In this document: piece by piece, positions 8,256 to 16,945 of the stretch
Numbering within the stretch: the first letter of the stretch is position 1
Layout: the number at the start of each line of letters is the position of its first letter
Source of the DNA: Candidatus Udaeobacter sp.
Lineage (GTDB): Bacteria > Patescibacteriota > Patescibacteriia > Magasanikbacterales > GWA2-37-8
Direction of reading: 5' to 3'
Length of the DNA stretch: 64,000 bases
Assembly: GCA_035473115.1 (NCBI GenBank)
Contig: DATION010000002.1
Coordinates: forward strand, 9,469 to 73,468
Notes under the pieces: model-generated
Told to the model about the DNA's origin: nothing
What the model saw: only the letters and a program-made list of their open reading frames with translations
Databases searched by the model: none
Program-made: the position numbers and the translations under genes

Positions 8256-8993
8256 ATGCTAAGCTATATTTGGTCAAACTTTCTGTACCAGCCGTTATTT
8301 AACGCTCTCATTTGGATTTATCTTAATATTGCCGGCCGCAATCTGGGCTGGGCCGTAGTTTGGCTCACAATTTTATTGCGTATTTTTCTTTTGCCACTGA
8401 CTATTATCTCCGAACATGACGCCATTAAACAAAAAAAAGTGGAAGAAGAAGCTCGTTTAGCAGCCAAGGCCTATAAAAATGATACAGTTGCTCAAAAAGA
8501 AGAGATCAGAAAAATAATGCGCAAAAACAGAGTCTCTCCGTGGGCCAAAGTAATGTCTCTCGGCCTGCAATTATTAGTTTTAATACTTCTTTATCAAGTT
8601 TTTATCCGAGGCATAACCGGCGAAAGAGTGGTAAAGATTCTCTATCCGTGGATAGATTTTCCGGGCAAAATCAATACCGATTTTTATGGATTTAATATCG
8701 GTAATAGGCATGAAATTATTTGGGCCGGAGCCGCTGCTTTATATCTGTTTGTTTCTATATTCTTAAAAGAAGGCGTAAGTCGAAAAAAAGACAGCTCAAA
8801 AAATACCTTTTTATTTTTATTTCCTTTAATTACTCTTGCTCTGTTATGGTATTTGCCAATGGTCAAATCACTTTTTATTTTGACAACAATGATATTTTCT
8901 GATATAATTTCTTTTATAAAAAATCTAATTTTTGCTGATAAAGATAAAGAGAAAGAAAAACAAATCGCTGAGGCAGTTCCTGCTAAAAAATAG
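8256..8993 (+). CDS. yidC: YidC/Oxa1 family membrane protein insertase (short form)
   Basis: LLRIFLLPL helix typical of YidC; polytopic; Lys-rich tail. Confidence 0.7.
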   Translation: MLSYIWSNFLYQPLFNALIWIYLNIAGRNLGWAVVWLTILLRIFLLPLTIISEHDAIKQKKVEEEARLAAKAYKNDTVAQKEEIRKIMRKNRVSPWAKVMSLGLQLLVLILLYQVFIRGITGERVVKILYPWIDFPGKINTDFYGFNIGNRHEIIWAGAAALYLFVSIFLKEGVSRKKDSSKNTFLFLFPLITLALLWYLPMVKSLFILTTMIFSDIISFIKNLIFADKDKEKEKQIAEAVPAKK

Positions 8994-9034
8994 GCTTCAA
9001 GCGCAGAGTTTAAATTAAATTTAACTTTTAAAGT

Positions 9035-9601
9035 ATGTCGGACGATTCATTGGATAAGTTAATGTATTCCTTTGTAATGGATGACGTCTTAAAAGGGCTT
9101 TTCATTAGTGTTCCTCCGGGGTATGTGGCTTGCGTGTATGATCTGGGCAGAGGAGTGCTGAAAAAAGTTTTAACTCCCGGATTACATTTAAAAATTCCTT
9201 TTTGGCAAAAAGCCAAGTTGTTTAATACTCAAACCTTAGAATATAGCGTTTCCCGCCAGTTTAATCCGGAGCACGAAAAGGCTTTGGGTGATATACCGAT
9301 TGCTGCCGGTACCAAAGATGGCCAGCGCGTGGGGGTAGAAGGCACAATTTTATTGCGTTTAGATGTTCATCAGGTGCCATCTATCTGGCAGACAGTCGGA
9401 GAAGACTTTGTAGCCAAAATTGTGCGTCCAACTATCCGGAGCCGGGTACGCATGGTATTTAGCAAATTTGATTACCAAGACATAGTTGGCGCCAAAAGAG
9501 ATTCCGTAGAAATGGAGCTAAAAAACGAACTGGAAAGGATATTTTATGCTCGAGGAATCTATGTAGAAAATGTTCTACTTAGCGAAATAGCCAAGATTTA
9601 A
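9035..9601 (+). CDS. SPFH/band-7 (prohibitin/HflC-like) domain protein
   Basis: Band-7 core (LHLKIPFWQKAKLFNTQTLEY...) and no obvious TM segment. Confidence 0.6.
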   Translation: MSDDSLDKLMYSFVMDDVLKGLFISVPPGYVACVYDLGRGVLKKVLTPGLHLKIPFWQKAKLFNTQTLEYSVSRQFNPEHEKALGDIPIAAGTKDGQRVGVEGTILLRLDVHQVPSIWQTVGEDFVAKIVRPTIRSRVRMVFSKFDYQDIVGAKRDSVEMELKNELERIFYARGIYVENVLLSEIAKI

Positions 9602-9624
9602 GCCAAACTACTTAATAAACTAAA

Positions 9625-9668
9625 AAATCGACCCAAACCAGACAGGTAGGGTCGATTTTTGTTTTTAA
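9625..9668 (+). terminator. Intrinsic terminator
   Basis: AAATCGACCC...GGGTCGATTT followed by TTGTTTTT. Confidence 0.6.
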
Positions 9669-9676
9669 CCTTGCCT

Positions 9677-9705
9677 TGACAAATACCTCAAAACGTGGTA
9701 GTATG
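9677..9705 (+). promoter_or_regulatory. Promoter for the GC-rich lipoprotein pair
   Basis: TTGACA, 17-nt spacer, TAGTAT with an extended TG. Confidence 0.55.
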
Positions 9706-9766
9706 GCGACTTGAGGCCTAGGAGTTGTTCCAAGAGGCTTCATAACTTGTTTTCGGAGGTTTTCCA

Positions 9767-10099
9767 ATGCAAAGTATCGCGATTCTTATCGCTCTCTGGC
9801 TCATCAGCTGTGTTGGCTGTGGCGCTGCTATTCAGACGCCAAAGGTCAAGAGGGATTTTATCGAGACACCCGGCGTGGTCGCTTTCGAGATCAAGCGTCC
9901 AAACGAGAGTGGTCAGCTCGTTCATCTGATCGGTCGTCGGTTCACTGATCCGGTGACTGTGGTCAGAGGCCCGTGCCATTTTGGCCCAGATTGTTTCACT
10001 TGGCCAGATCCACAGGAAGGAATGCAGACAGTCCAGGTTCTGGACCACTGGGAAGTCATTCTTACAGAAGAAACAACAGTTACAGTCGTCAACAACTGA
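9767..10099 (+). CDS. Small lipoprotein, unknown function (GC-rich island)
   Basis: Signal peptide with lipobox LISC; RBS GGAGG; about 52% GC. Several overlapping ORFs on both strands are GC-induced artefacts. Confidence 0.55.
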   Translation: MQSIAILIALWLISCVGCGAAIQTPKVKRDFIETPGVVAFEIKRPNESGQLVHLIGRRFTDPVTVVRGPCHFGPDCFTWPDPQEGMQTVQVLDHWEVILTEETTVTVVNN

Positions 10100-10132
10100 A
10101 GCTTCGCCAATTCCAGACAAGGAGAGTTTCCA

Positions 10133-10687
10133 ATGAAGTATTACATTATTGTTGCGATCGCTTTCATTGCCTTCGGCTGTGCTTCCACAGTACAGCAACC
10201 TGCGATGAAGAACAACACAGTTCCGATGGTCATGGGTGCGAATGCTCAGGTCGTTCAGCCAGTAACCGGAGCAGCTCCCAGGGCTGGCCAAGAGGTAATG
10301 GACATGGAGTTGGAGTTTCCAAAAACTCCCAAGAATTTGACGATCAAGGAAGTCCAGGCTGAACTCGGGTCATACACGGCGACGACCAATGGTTGCTATC
10401 TCAAGTATGTTCGCGATGTTCGTCGCGCCACATATATGGATCTGGCAATCGTGGTAGGTTGGAACGGTTATCCTGTTTCAATTAATGTAGTTGCTCCCGG
10501 GCTATCAGCTACAACCGAGAAGAAGATCGAGAGCTGTGTGCGGGATGAGATAGGTTCGTTGCTCCACTTTCCCGAGCGCCGTTTCGATACGACTGCGGTA
10601 ATACGGTACGAATTCCAGCATACCTACACAGAAACGCCTGGCGGCGGCCCACAGCTGAGCTGCTACAACCCGAACGGCTGCCACTAG
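10133..10687 (+). CDS. Secreted/lipoprotein, unknown function, Cys-rich C-terminus (GC-rich island)
   Basis: Signal peptide MKYYIIVAIAFIAFGCAS; RBS AGGAGAG; same spacing (tttccaATG) as the preceding gene. Confidence 0.55.
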   Translation: MKYYIIVAIAFIAFGCASTVQQPAMKNNTVPMVMGANAQVVQPVTGAAPRAGQEVMDMELEFPKTPKNLTIKEVQAELGSYTATTNGCYLKYVRDVRRATYMDLAIVVGWNGYPVSINVVAPGLSATTEKKIESCVRDEIGSLLHFPERRFDTTAVIRYEFQHTYTETPGGGPQLSCYNPNGCH

Positions 10688-10784
10688 GCGGCCCAGCAAG
10701 ATGTCGTGGCCGACAATCGTCGGCCCGCGGCTCGAAGAGAAGTCAAGGACTCCACCCGGGGTCCTGTTGTATTTTATAAGGTTC

Positions 10785-10813
10785 TTGACTTGGTTTTTAA
10801 GACATGATATATT
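10785..10813 (+). promoter_or_regulatory. Promoter of the hrcA-grpE-dnaK operon
   Basis: TTGACT, 17-nt spacer, TATATT. Confidence 0.55.
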
Positions 10814-10838
10814 ATCACTCATAAGGTTTGAGTGATAA
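10812..10838. promoter_or_regulatory. CIRCE-like HrcA operator (variant TTATCACTC-N9-GAGTGATAA)
   Basis: 9-9-9 architecture identical to CIRCE (TTAGCACTC-N9-GAGTGCTAA) with G>T/C>A swaps. Overlaps the -10 element upstream of hrcA. Confidence 0.65.
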
Positions 10839-10853
10839 TTGCTAAGGTCGAGT

Positions 10854-10877
10854 CAGATATATGCTTGCATATATCTG
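10854..10877. promoter_or_regulatory. Second perfect palindrome in the hrcA leader
   Basis: CAGATATATGC-tt-GCATATATCTG, 11-bp arms. Confidence 0.35.
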
Positions 10878-10917
10878 TGAGGCCTGACGCAATTACAAAG
10901 CTTTGCTTCTAACTTAT

Positions 10918-11598
10918 ATGAATATTCGCGGAGAAAAAATTTTAAATTTAGTTATTGAAAACTATATAGCCAATGCCGAACCGGTAGGCTCTAAATTTTT
11001 GGTTTCCGCAGCTGGTTTGGATCTTAGCGAAGCTACAGTCCGTAATGAACTGCGTGCTTTGGAAGAGGAAGGTTATCTTACTCATCCGCATACTTCGGCA
11101 GGACGAATTCCCACCGAAAAAGGTTATAAGCACTATATTAAAAATTTAAATTTAGCCAAGAGTAATATTTCCAAAAATGACAGCAAAGTCTTGGTGAATT
11201 CTTTGGATAAAACTAGTGACCATGACTTAGATATAAAAAGCTTAGCCAAAACAATGGTGGAACTATCTAATGAAACAGTAATTATTGCTTTTTCTCCAGA
11301 AAATATATATTATACCGGTCTGACCAATCTTTTTAATAAACCAGAGTTTGATGAGCGCAGTGTGGCGGCGGAAATTTTTGAAGTTTTTGATAATTGTGAA
11401 GACTCAATGGAAGATTTTTTTGCTAAAGTAGAAGATAATCCGAAATATTTTTTTGGCAATGAACATCCGTTTGGTGAAATGGTCAGTGTCCTATCCATGC
11501 GCTTTGGCAAAGAAGGTTTGGTGGCTATTTTGGGTCCGCAGCGAATGGATTATAAATACAATTTTGGTTTAATGAAAAAATTGTTAGAATTGATTTAG
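10918..11598 (+). CDS. hrcA: Heat-inducible transcription repressor HrcA (short form)
   Basis: N-terminal winged helix (AEPVGSKFLV...ATVRNELRALEEEGYL); operon context with grpE/dnaK and a CIRCE box. Confidence 0.8.
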   Translation: MNIRGEKILNLVIENYIANAEPVGSKFLVSAAGLDLSEATVRNELRALEEEGYLTHPHTSAGRIPTEKGYKHYIKNLNLAKSNISKNDSKVLVNSLDKTSDHDLDIKSLAKTMVELSNETVIIAFSPENIYYTGLTNLFNKPEFDERSVAAEIFEVFDNCEDSMEDFFAKVEDNPKYFFGNEHPFGEMVSVLSMRFGKEGLVAILGPQRMDYKYNFGLMKKLLELI

Positions 11599-11606
11599 AA
11601 TTATTA

Positions 11607-11697
11607 GTAAATATTATTATTTTTTTGCTGCAGGTGCGCACGCCCGCAAAGGCTGCAAGCACGCAAGCGGCTTCGCTGCAAAAATAATAATATTTAC
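11607..11697. repeat. AT-rich 18-bp hairpin with GC-rich core (family copy 2, rearranged core)
   Basis: Arms GTAAATATTATTATTTTT / AAAAATAATAATATTTAC; the core carries GGTGCGC and ACGCCCGCAAA motifs. Confidence 0.45.
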
Positions 11698-11710
11698 TTA
11701 AATTATTTAT

Positions 11711-12232
11711 ATGACAGATGAAGAAAAAAATAAAGAAGATTTGCCAAATGAAGCAGGTGGCATTCCAAGTGAATTAGATTTAGCTCAAGCGCAAGCTGAA
11801 GAATATAAAACTAATTGGCAGCGAGCTTTGGCTGATTATCGTAATTTGCAAAAAGAAACCGCTGCTATGCGTTCGCAATGGGCGCAGATGAGTGAAGAAC
11901 AGATTTTGCAGAATTTTATTCCGGTTTACGAAAATTTTAAAAAAGCATTTAGCGCCAATTTGTCCGCAACCGGCGGTGATAGCGAAAAACAGTGGCAAAA
12001 CTGGAAGCAGGGAATAGAATATATCATGAAGCAATTTGGCGATGTGTTGAAGTCTTATAATGTTCAAGAAATTAAAACTACTGACGAAAAGTTTGATCCG
12101 CGGATGCATGAAGCGATTAGCGAAGAACAGGTGGATGGTAAAGAAGCCGGAATTATTTTAAGAGAAGTTGAAGGTGGATATAAAATGGGTGATAAAATAA
12201 TAAAACCAGCGCGAGTTATTATTAGTAAATAA
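11711..12232 (+). CDS. grpE: Nucleotide exchange factor GrpE
   Basis: Coiled-coil N-terminus and GrpE C-terminal beta domain (...GGYKMGDKIIKPARVII). Confidence 0.85.
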   Translation: MTDEEKNKEDLPNEAGGIPSELDLAQAQAEEYKTNWQRALADYRNLQKETAAMRSQWAQMSEEQILQNFIPVYENFKKAFSANLSATGGDSEKQWQNWKQGIEYIMKQFGDVLKSYNVQEIKTTDEKFDPRMHEAISEEQVDGKEAGIILREVEGGYKMGDKIIKPARVIISK

Positions 12233-12240
12233 GTTTATTT

Positions 12241-12894
12241 ATGAGAAGAGGAGAAACAGGAGATTTTCCTAAACCTAATGAAAAAAAACTAGATCGTGCT
12301 GCCACGGACTCTTTGCTTGATGATCGGGCTAAAACTGAGGATCATTTTGCTAATGATGCTGTTGAGCCGCCTGTTATTCTTGCTACTCAACATAACGAGG
12401 ATAGTAGTACGTTAGGTAGTGTAACAGAGGCTGCTGGCATTATTGAAGAAGCTGAAGAAGTTAATTTTCCAACTGGAAATGATACAGACGATGATCAGAA
12501 TTTTAGAGACCCAGAGGATGATGTTGAGATAAACAAATTTGGCATGGAAAATTTAAGAAAGTTAAGAACAGTAGATGAGGGCGATAGTTTTGACATGGAA
12601 AAGTTTCTTAGAACAAGAGCTTTAAAAAATAAATTAGGTTTATCACTTCCTTTGTTTGAAGTAGATAATAGAAATCCAAAATATGAAAAGGTTTTGAGAG
12701 CTGCTGAGAAGATAGTGGCTAAAAGTGATTCGAGTAAAATGCTTGTTCATATCATGCAGCGTTTGGTAGTTCATCCTACAGTTTTACGTCGTTTATTAGA
12801 AAAATATATAATAGAAAAAAAGACCGCTGAAGATAATTATATAAAAGTAAGAGACGCTTTAGCTGAATTGGATGGAACCAAACAAGGTGAATAA
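12241..12894 (+). CDS. Hypothetical protein with an acidic disordered N-terminal half, inserted between grpE and dnaK
   Basis: ORF 217 aa, AT-rich like the host genome, no family recognised; the start codon is uncertain. Confidence 0.5.
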   Translation: MRRGETGDFPKPNEKKLDRAATDSLLDDRAKTEDHFANDAVEPPVILATQHNEDSSTLGSVTEAAGIIEEAEEVNFPTGNDTDDDQNFRDPEDDVEINKFGMENLRKLRTVDEGDSFDMEKFLRTRALKNKLGLSLPLFEVDNRNPKYEKVLRAAEKIVAKSDSSKMLVHIMQRLVVHPTVLRRLLEKYIIEKKTAEDNYIKVRDALAELDGTKQGE

Positions 12895-12927
12895 TTTTAA
12901 ATATAAAATTTTAATTAAATAAATCAT

Positions 12928-14829
12928 ATGTCTAAAGTTCTTGGAATCGACTTAGGTACAACCAATTCCTGCATGGCCATCATTGAAGGCGGCCAGCCAA
13001 AAGTAATTGAAAACAAAGAAGGCGCCCGCACCACTCCTTCTATTGTGGCTGTTTCCAAAACCGGTGAACGTCTGGTCGGTCAATTAGCCAAGCGTCAATC
13101 AATCACTAATCCACAAAATACTTTATACTCGGTTAAGCGTTTAATTGGTCGCCGTTTTGAAGACGCCGAAGTTAAGCGTGATTTGTCTCTTTTACCATAC
13201 AAAATAGTTAAGAGCGGTGATGCCGTAAAAATAGAGATGCAAGGCAAAGAATATACTCCGCAAGAAATTTCGGCCATGGTATTGCAGAAAATGAAAACCG
13301 ACGCTGAAGAAAAATTAGGCGAAAAAATTACGGAAGCGGTCATTACCGTGCCGGCTTATTTTGATGACGCGCAGCGCCAAGCCACCAAAGATGCTGGAAC
13401 AATTGCTGGTTTAAATGTTTTGCGTATTATTAACGAACCAACTGCCGCTGCTTTGGCCTATGGTTTTGATAAAAAGAAGGATCAAAAAATTGCAGTTTAC
13501 GATTTGGGCGGCGGAACTTTTGATATCTCTATTTTGGAAGTCAGCGCCGATACTGTGCAAGTTTTATCCACCAACGGCGATACTCATCTTGGCGGTGATG
13601 ATTTTGATCAGGTTATAATTTCTTGGATCTTAGAAGAGTTTAAACGCGACCAAGGTTTGGATTTGAGCAAAGATCCTTTGGCTCTGCAGCGCATAAAAGA
13701 AGCGGCAGAAAAAGCCAAAATAGAATTATCTACTGCTCAAGAAACCGAAATCAATCAGCCGTTTATTACTTCCGATTCTACCGGGCCAAAACATTTGGTA
13801 ATGAAATTAACTAGAGCTAAATTGGAAGAATTAGTGGGCGATTTAGTTGATAAAAGTATGATTCCGGTACGCAAAGCCTTGGAAGACGCCAAGCTTTCGG
13901 CTAGTGACTTAAACGAAGTAGTAATGGTCGGCGGTATGACTCGTATGCCGCTGGTATTGCAGACTGTAGAAAAATTCTTTGGTAAAAAACCAAATATCAG
14001 TGTTAATCCGGATGAAGTTGTAGCTGTTGGCGCAGCCGTACAAGCTGGTGTCTTAAAAGGTGAAGTACATGATGTATTATTACTCGATGTTATCCCGCTA
14101 TCTTTTGGTTTGGAAACTATGGGGGGTGTGATGACCAAACTGATTGAACGCAACACTACTATTCCAACTTCCAAGAGTCAAGTATTTTCTACTGCCGCTG
14201 ACAATCAACCGGCTGTAGAAATTAATGTTTTGCAAGGTGAGCGTCCAATGGCTGCCGACAATAAAAATTTGGGCAGATTTATTTTGGATGGCATTCCGCC
14301 AGCTCCGCGCGGTGTGCCTCAAGTAGAAGTTACTTTTGATATTGATGCCAACGGTATTTTAAATGTTAAAGCCAAAGACAAGGCTACTAACAAAGAACAG
14401 TCGATTCGCATTGAAGCTTCAACCGGTTTATCCAAAGAAGAAGTGGAAAAAATGAAAAAAGACGCGGAGTCTCACGCTGAAGAAGATAAGAAAAAACAAG
14501 AACTGATTGAAACAAAAAATTTGGCTGATACCATGGTTTATACTACCGAAAAAATGATGAAAGAAGTTGAAGAAAAGAAAGTTGATGTTAGCGAAGATGA
14601 AAAAAATAAAGTAAATGAAGCTCTAAAAGTTTTGAAAGAAGTAAAAGATAAAGATGATGTTGAGGCGATTAAAAAAGCTTCGGAAGAATTATCTAAAGTC
14701 GCTCAAGTTGTCGGTACCAAGATGTATCAACAACAGCAGACAGCCGGTCAGCCAGGAGCAGAAAAAAAAGATGAAAAAGGAAACGAAGGTCCGATAGAGG
14801 GTGAAGTTGTTGATGAGCAAAATAAATAA
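12928..14829 (+). CDS. dnaK: Chaperone DnaK (Hsp70)
   Basis: Full-length Hsp70 with [16 protein letters not shown] and IVLVGG motifs. Confidence 0.97.
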   Translation: MSKVLGIDLGTTNSCMAIIEGGQPKVIENKEGARTTPSIVAVSKTGERLVGQLAKRQSITNPQNTLYSVKRLIGRRFEDAEVKRDLSLLPYKIVKSGDAVKIEMQGKEYTPQEISAMVLQKMKTDAEEKLGEKITEAVITVPAYFDDAQRQATKDAGTIAGLNVLRIINEPTAAALAYGFDKKKDQKIAVYDLGGGTFDISILEVSADTVQVLSTNGDTHLGGDDFDQVIISWILEEFKRDQGLDLSKDPLALQRIKEAAEKAKIELSTAQETEINQPFITSDSTGPKHLVMKLTRAKLEELVGDLVDKSMIPVRKALEDAKLSASDLNEVVMVGGMTRMPLVLQTVEKFFGKKPNISVNPDEVVAVGAAVQAGVLKGEVHDVLLLDVIPLSFGLETMGGVMTKLIERNTTIPTSKSQVFSTAADNQPAVEINVLQGERPMAADNKNLGRFILDGIPPAPRGVPQVEVTFDIDANGILNVKAKDKATNKEQSIRIEASTGLSKEEVEKMKKDAESHAEEDKKKQELIETKNLADTMVYTTEKMMKEVEEKKVDVSEDEKNKVNEALKVLKEVKDKDDVEAIKKASEELSKVAQVVGTKMYQQQQTAGQPGAEKKDEKGNEGPIEGEVVDEQNK

Positions 14830-14876
14830 TTGTCCGGATTTATTTGGATGATGATTTTATTTAATAAAAATTTACT

Positions 14877-15176
14877 ATGGAAAAATTTGCTATCGAAGCT
14901 GAAAAAATAGGCGAGTTAGAAAATTTTCGCCGAGAAATTAGGAAAATTAAAGCCAGATTGGTTGATGATAAAAGAAAAGCTGGAAATGACGAGTATGATG
15001 CTACTTTGGCTGAAGTTGACGTCGATAAGTTGGGAGAAACAGAAATGAAGATCTGGCAAGAGTATAAAGATGTTTTTGCCAAGGTGTATAGTAGTTTTGA
15101 TGATACTAGTGATGCCTGGAAAAACGTGCAAGAGCAAAATGTTAATCCCTTAGTTAAAAATATTAAAAAATTCTAG
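14877..15176 (+). CDS. Small helical hypothetical protein between dnaK and dnaJ
   Basis: 99-aa ORF with host-like composition. Confidence 0.45.
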   Translation: MEKFAIEAEKIGELENFRREIRKIKARLVDDKRKAGNDEYDATLAEVDVDKLGETEMKIWQEYKDVFAKVYSSFDDTSDAWKNVQEQNVNPLVKNIKKF

Positions 15177-15335
15177 ATGGAGCAAATAATGGTACATTGA
15201 GCAATGAAATCGCCCAGTTTTACGGTTGGTTGAATAATCATATTATGCCTTTAATGTACCAGCTAAAGGGACTATTGGATAAAGAAAAAATTGATGTGTT
15301 TGGAGAAGCTAAAGGTTAATTTCATAAATTATAAA

Positions 15336-16427
15336 ATGTCCAAAGACTATTATAAAATTCTTGGCGTAGATAAAAATGCTTCTGTCGATGATATTAAAAA
15401 GGCTTTTAAAAAAGCTGCTATGCAGCATCATCCGGATCGTCCGGGTGGAGATGAGGCTAAATTCAAAGAAGTAAATGAAGCTTACCAAGTTTTAAACGAT
15501 AAAGAAAAGCGCCAACGCTATGACCAGTTTGGCTCTGATTTTGAACAGCAAGGCGGATTCAGCGGTGGAATGAATTGGGAAGATGTTATGCGTCAAGCCA
15601 GAGGCCAAGGTGGTCAGAGCCAAGGTTTTGGTTTTGATTTTGGCGATCTGGGAGATGTTTTTGGCGATATGTTCGGCGGTGGCCGGCAGAGTCGTGGTCC
15701 GGCCAGAGGCAGAGATATTCAGGTAGATGTGGAGATTGATTTTAAGGAAGCTGCATTTGGGGTAGAGCGTGATTTGTCACTGCGTAAACAAGATCAATGC
15801 GATGTTTGTCATGGCACTGGCGGTGAACCAGGCAGTAAAATGGAAAAATGTTCAACCTGTAAAGGGCAAGGGCAGATAGTCCAAACCCAGCGGACATTTT
15901 TGGGTAATATGCAATCAGTAACAACTTGCCCGGATTGTCATGGACGCAAAGAAAAACCGAGCAAGAAATGCAAGCATTGTGGTGGTGATGGTGTTTTATC
16001 CAAAACTTCCAATATAAAAGTAAAAATCCCAGCCGGTATAGACGACGGGCAATCAATTCGCTTAGAAGGCTATGGTGAAGCTGCTGCTCATGGCGGAGGC
16101 AAAGGAGATCTGTATGTGCGGGTTCGTGTTAAAACCTTAAAAGGTTTTGAGCGCGATGGTTTTGATGTTTACTCCGAAAAAGAGATTAGTTTCCCTCAGG
16201 CAGTTTTGGGTGATCATATTGATGTAGAAACTTTGGACGGAGCAGTTAAGATTTCTGTGCCGGAAGGTACGGAATCCGGCCAGTTGATCAGAATTAAAGG
16301 CAAAGGAATTCAACATCTGGGCAGAAGCAGCCGAGGTGATCATTATTTTAAGATAAGAATAAGAGTACCTAAAAAAATAAATAAAGAAACCAGGAAAAAA
16401 TTAGAAGATTTAAAGAAAGATTTATAG
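15336..16427 (+). CDS. dnaJ: Chaperone DnaJ
   Basis: J domain with HPD, G/F region, and four CxxCxGxG zinc-finger repeats. Start set at MSKDYYKILGV. Confidence 0.9.
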   Translation: MSKDYYKILGVDKNASVDDIKKAFKKAAMQHHPDRPGGDEAKFKEVNEAYQVLNDKEKRQRYDQFGSDFEQQGGFSGGMNWEDVMRQARGQGGQSQGFGFDFGDLGDVFGDMFGGGRQSRGPARGRDIQVDVEIDFKEAAFGVERDLSLRKQDQCDVCHGTGGEPGSKMEKCSTCKGQGQIVQTQRTFLGNMQSVTTCPDCHGRKEKPSKKCKHCGGDGVLSKTSNIKVKIPAGIDDGQSIRLEGYGEAAAHGGGKGDLYVRVRVKTLKGFERDGFDVYSEKEISFPQAVLGDHIDVETLDGAVKISVPEGTESGQLIRIKGKGIQHLGRSSRGDHYFKIRIRVPKKINKETRKKLEDLKKDL

Positions 16428-16434
16428 TTTATAA

Positions 16435-16529
16435 AAAATAAATAACATAAATTTTTTACGCCCAAACTCTCCTTGCAGTCGGCCTCTGCGGAGGTGCGAT
16501 GGTCGTAATAAATTTATGTTATTTATTTT
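16435..16529. repeat. AT-rich 20-bp perfect hairpin with conserved GC-rich core (family copy 3, inverted orientation)
   Basis: Arms AAAATAAATAACATAAATTT / AAATTTATGTTATTTATTTT. The reverse complement of the core shares ACGACCATCGCACC and TTTGGGCGTAAAA with copy 4. Confidence 0.6.
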
Positions 16530-16534
16530 AGCGT

Positions 16535-16936
16535 TTATCTTCTATTGTCAAGTATTTTATTTACCCAATGATCCGCTTCTTGATTTTTGGCGCGCAGCAC
16601 ATGGCGGAAAGAAACTTTTTTAAAAGCACTGGTTAAATTAAAAGCTTGGATGAAAAGTTTTTGCAGAGTTGGTTCTTTTACCTTGTACTGTCTGTTCATC
16701 TGTTTGGTTACCAGTTCGCTGTCTAAGATACATTCGACTTCGGTAGCTCCTAATTCTTTGGCTTTTTTTAACGCAGAAATCAAAGCTGAATATTCAGCAT
16801 AATTATTAGTTTGTTCGCCAAGATATTCTCCGTAGCCGGCTATTGTTTTACCGGTTGCGTCTTTTATAATTATGCCCGCGGCCGCTGGGCCTGGGTTGCC
16901 GCGCGCGCCACCATCAGTATAAGTAGTGAGTTTCAT
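16535..16936 (-). CDS. rnhA: Ribonuclease HI
   Basis: TDGGARGNPGPAA, NNxAEY, DS.LV and RxxNxxAD motifs of the RNase H fold. Confidence 0.85.
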   Translation of the reverse strand: MKLTTYTDGGARGNPGPAAAGIIIKDATGKTIAGYGEYLGEQTNNYAEYSALISALKKAKELGATEVECILDSELVTKQMNRQYKVKEPTLQKLFIQAFNLTSAFKKVSFRHVLRAKNQEADHWVNKILDNRR

Positions 16937-16945
16937 GATAAATAA

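Noticed and set aside
9711-10362. Overlapping ORFs 9711..9929(+), 9740..10291(-), 9922..10110(-), 9973..10362(+) in the GC-rich island
   Set aside because: These are alternative-frame artefacts of the GC-rich segment. Only 9767..10099 and 10133..10687 have an RBS plus a signal peptide.
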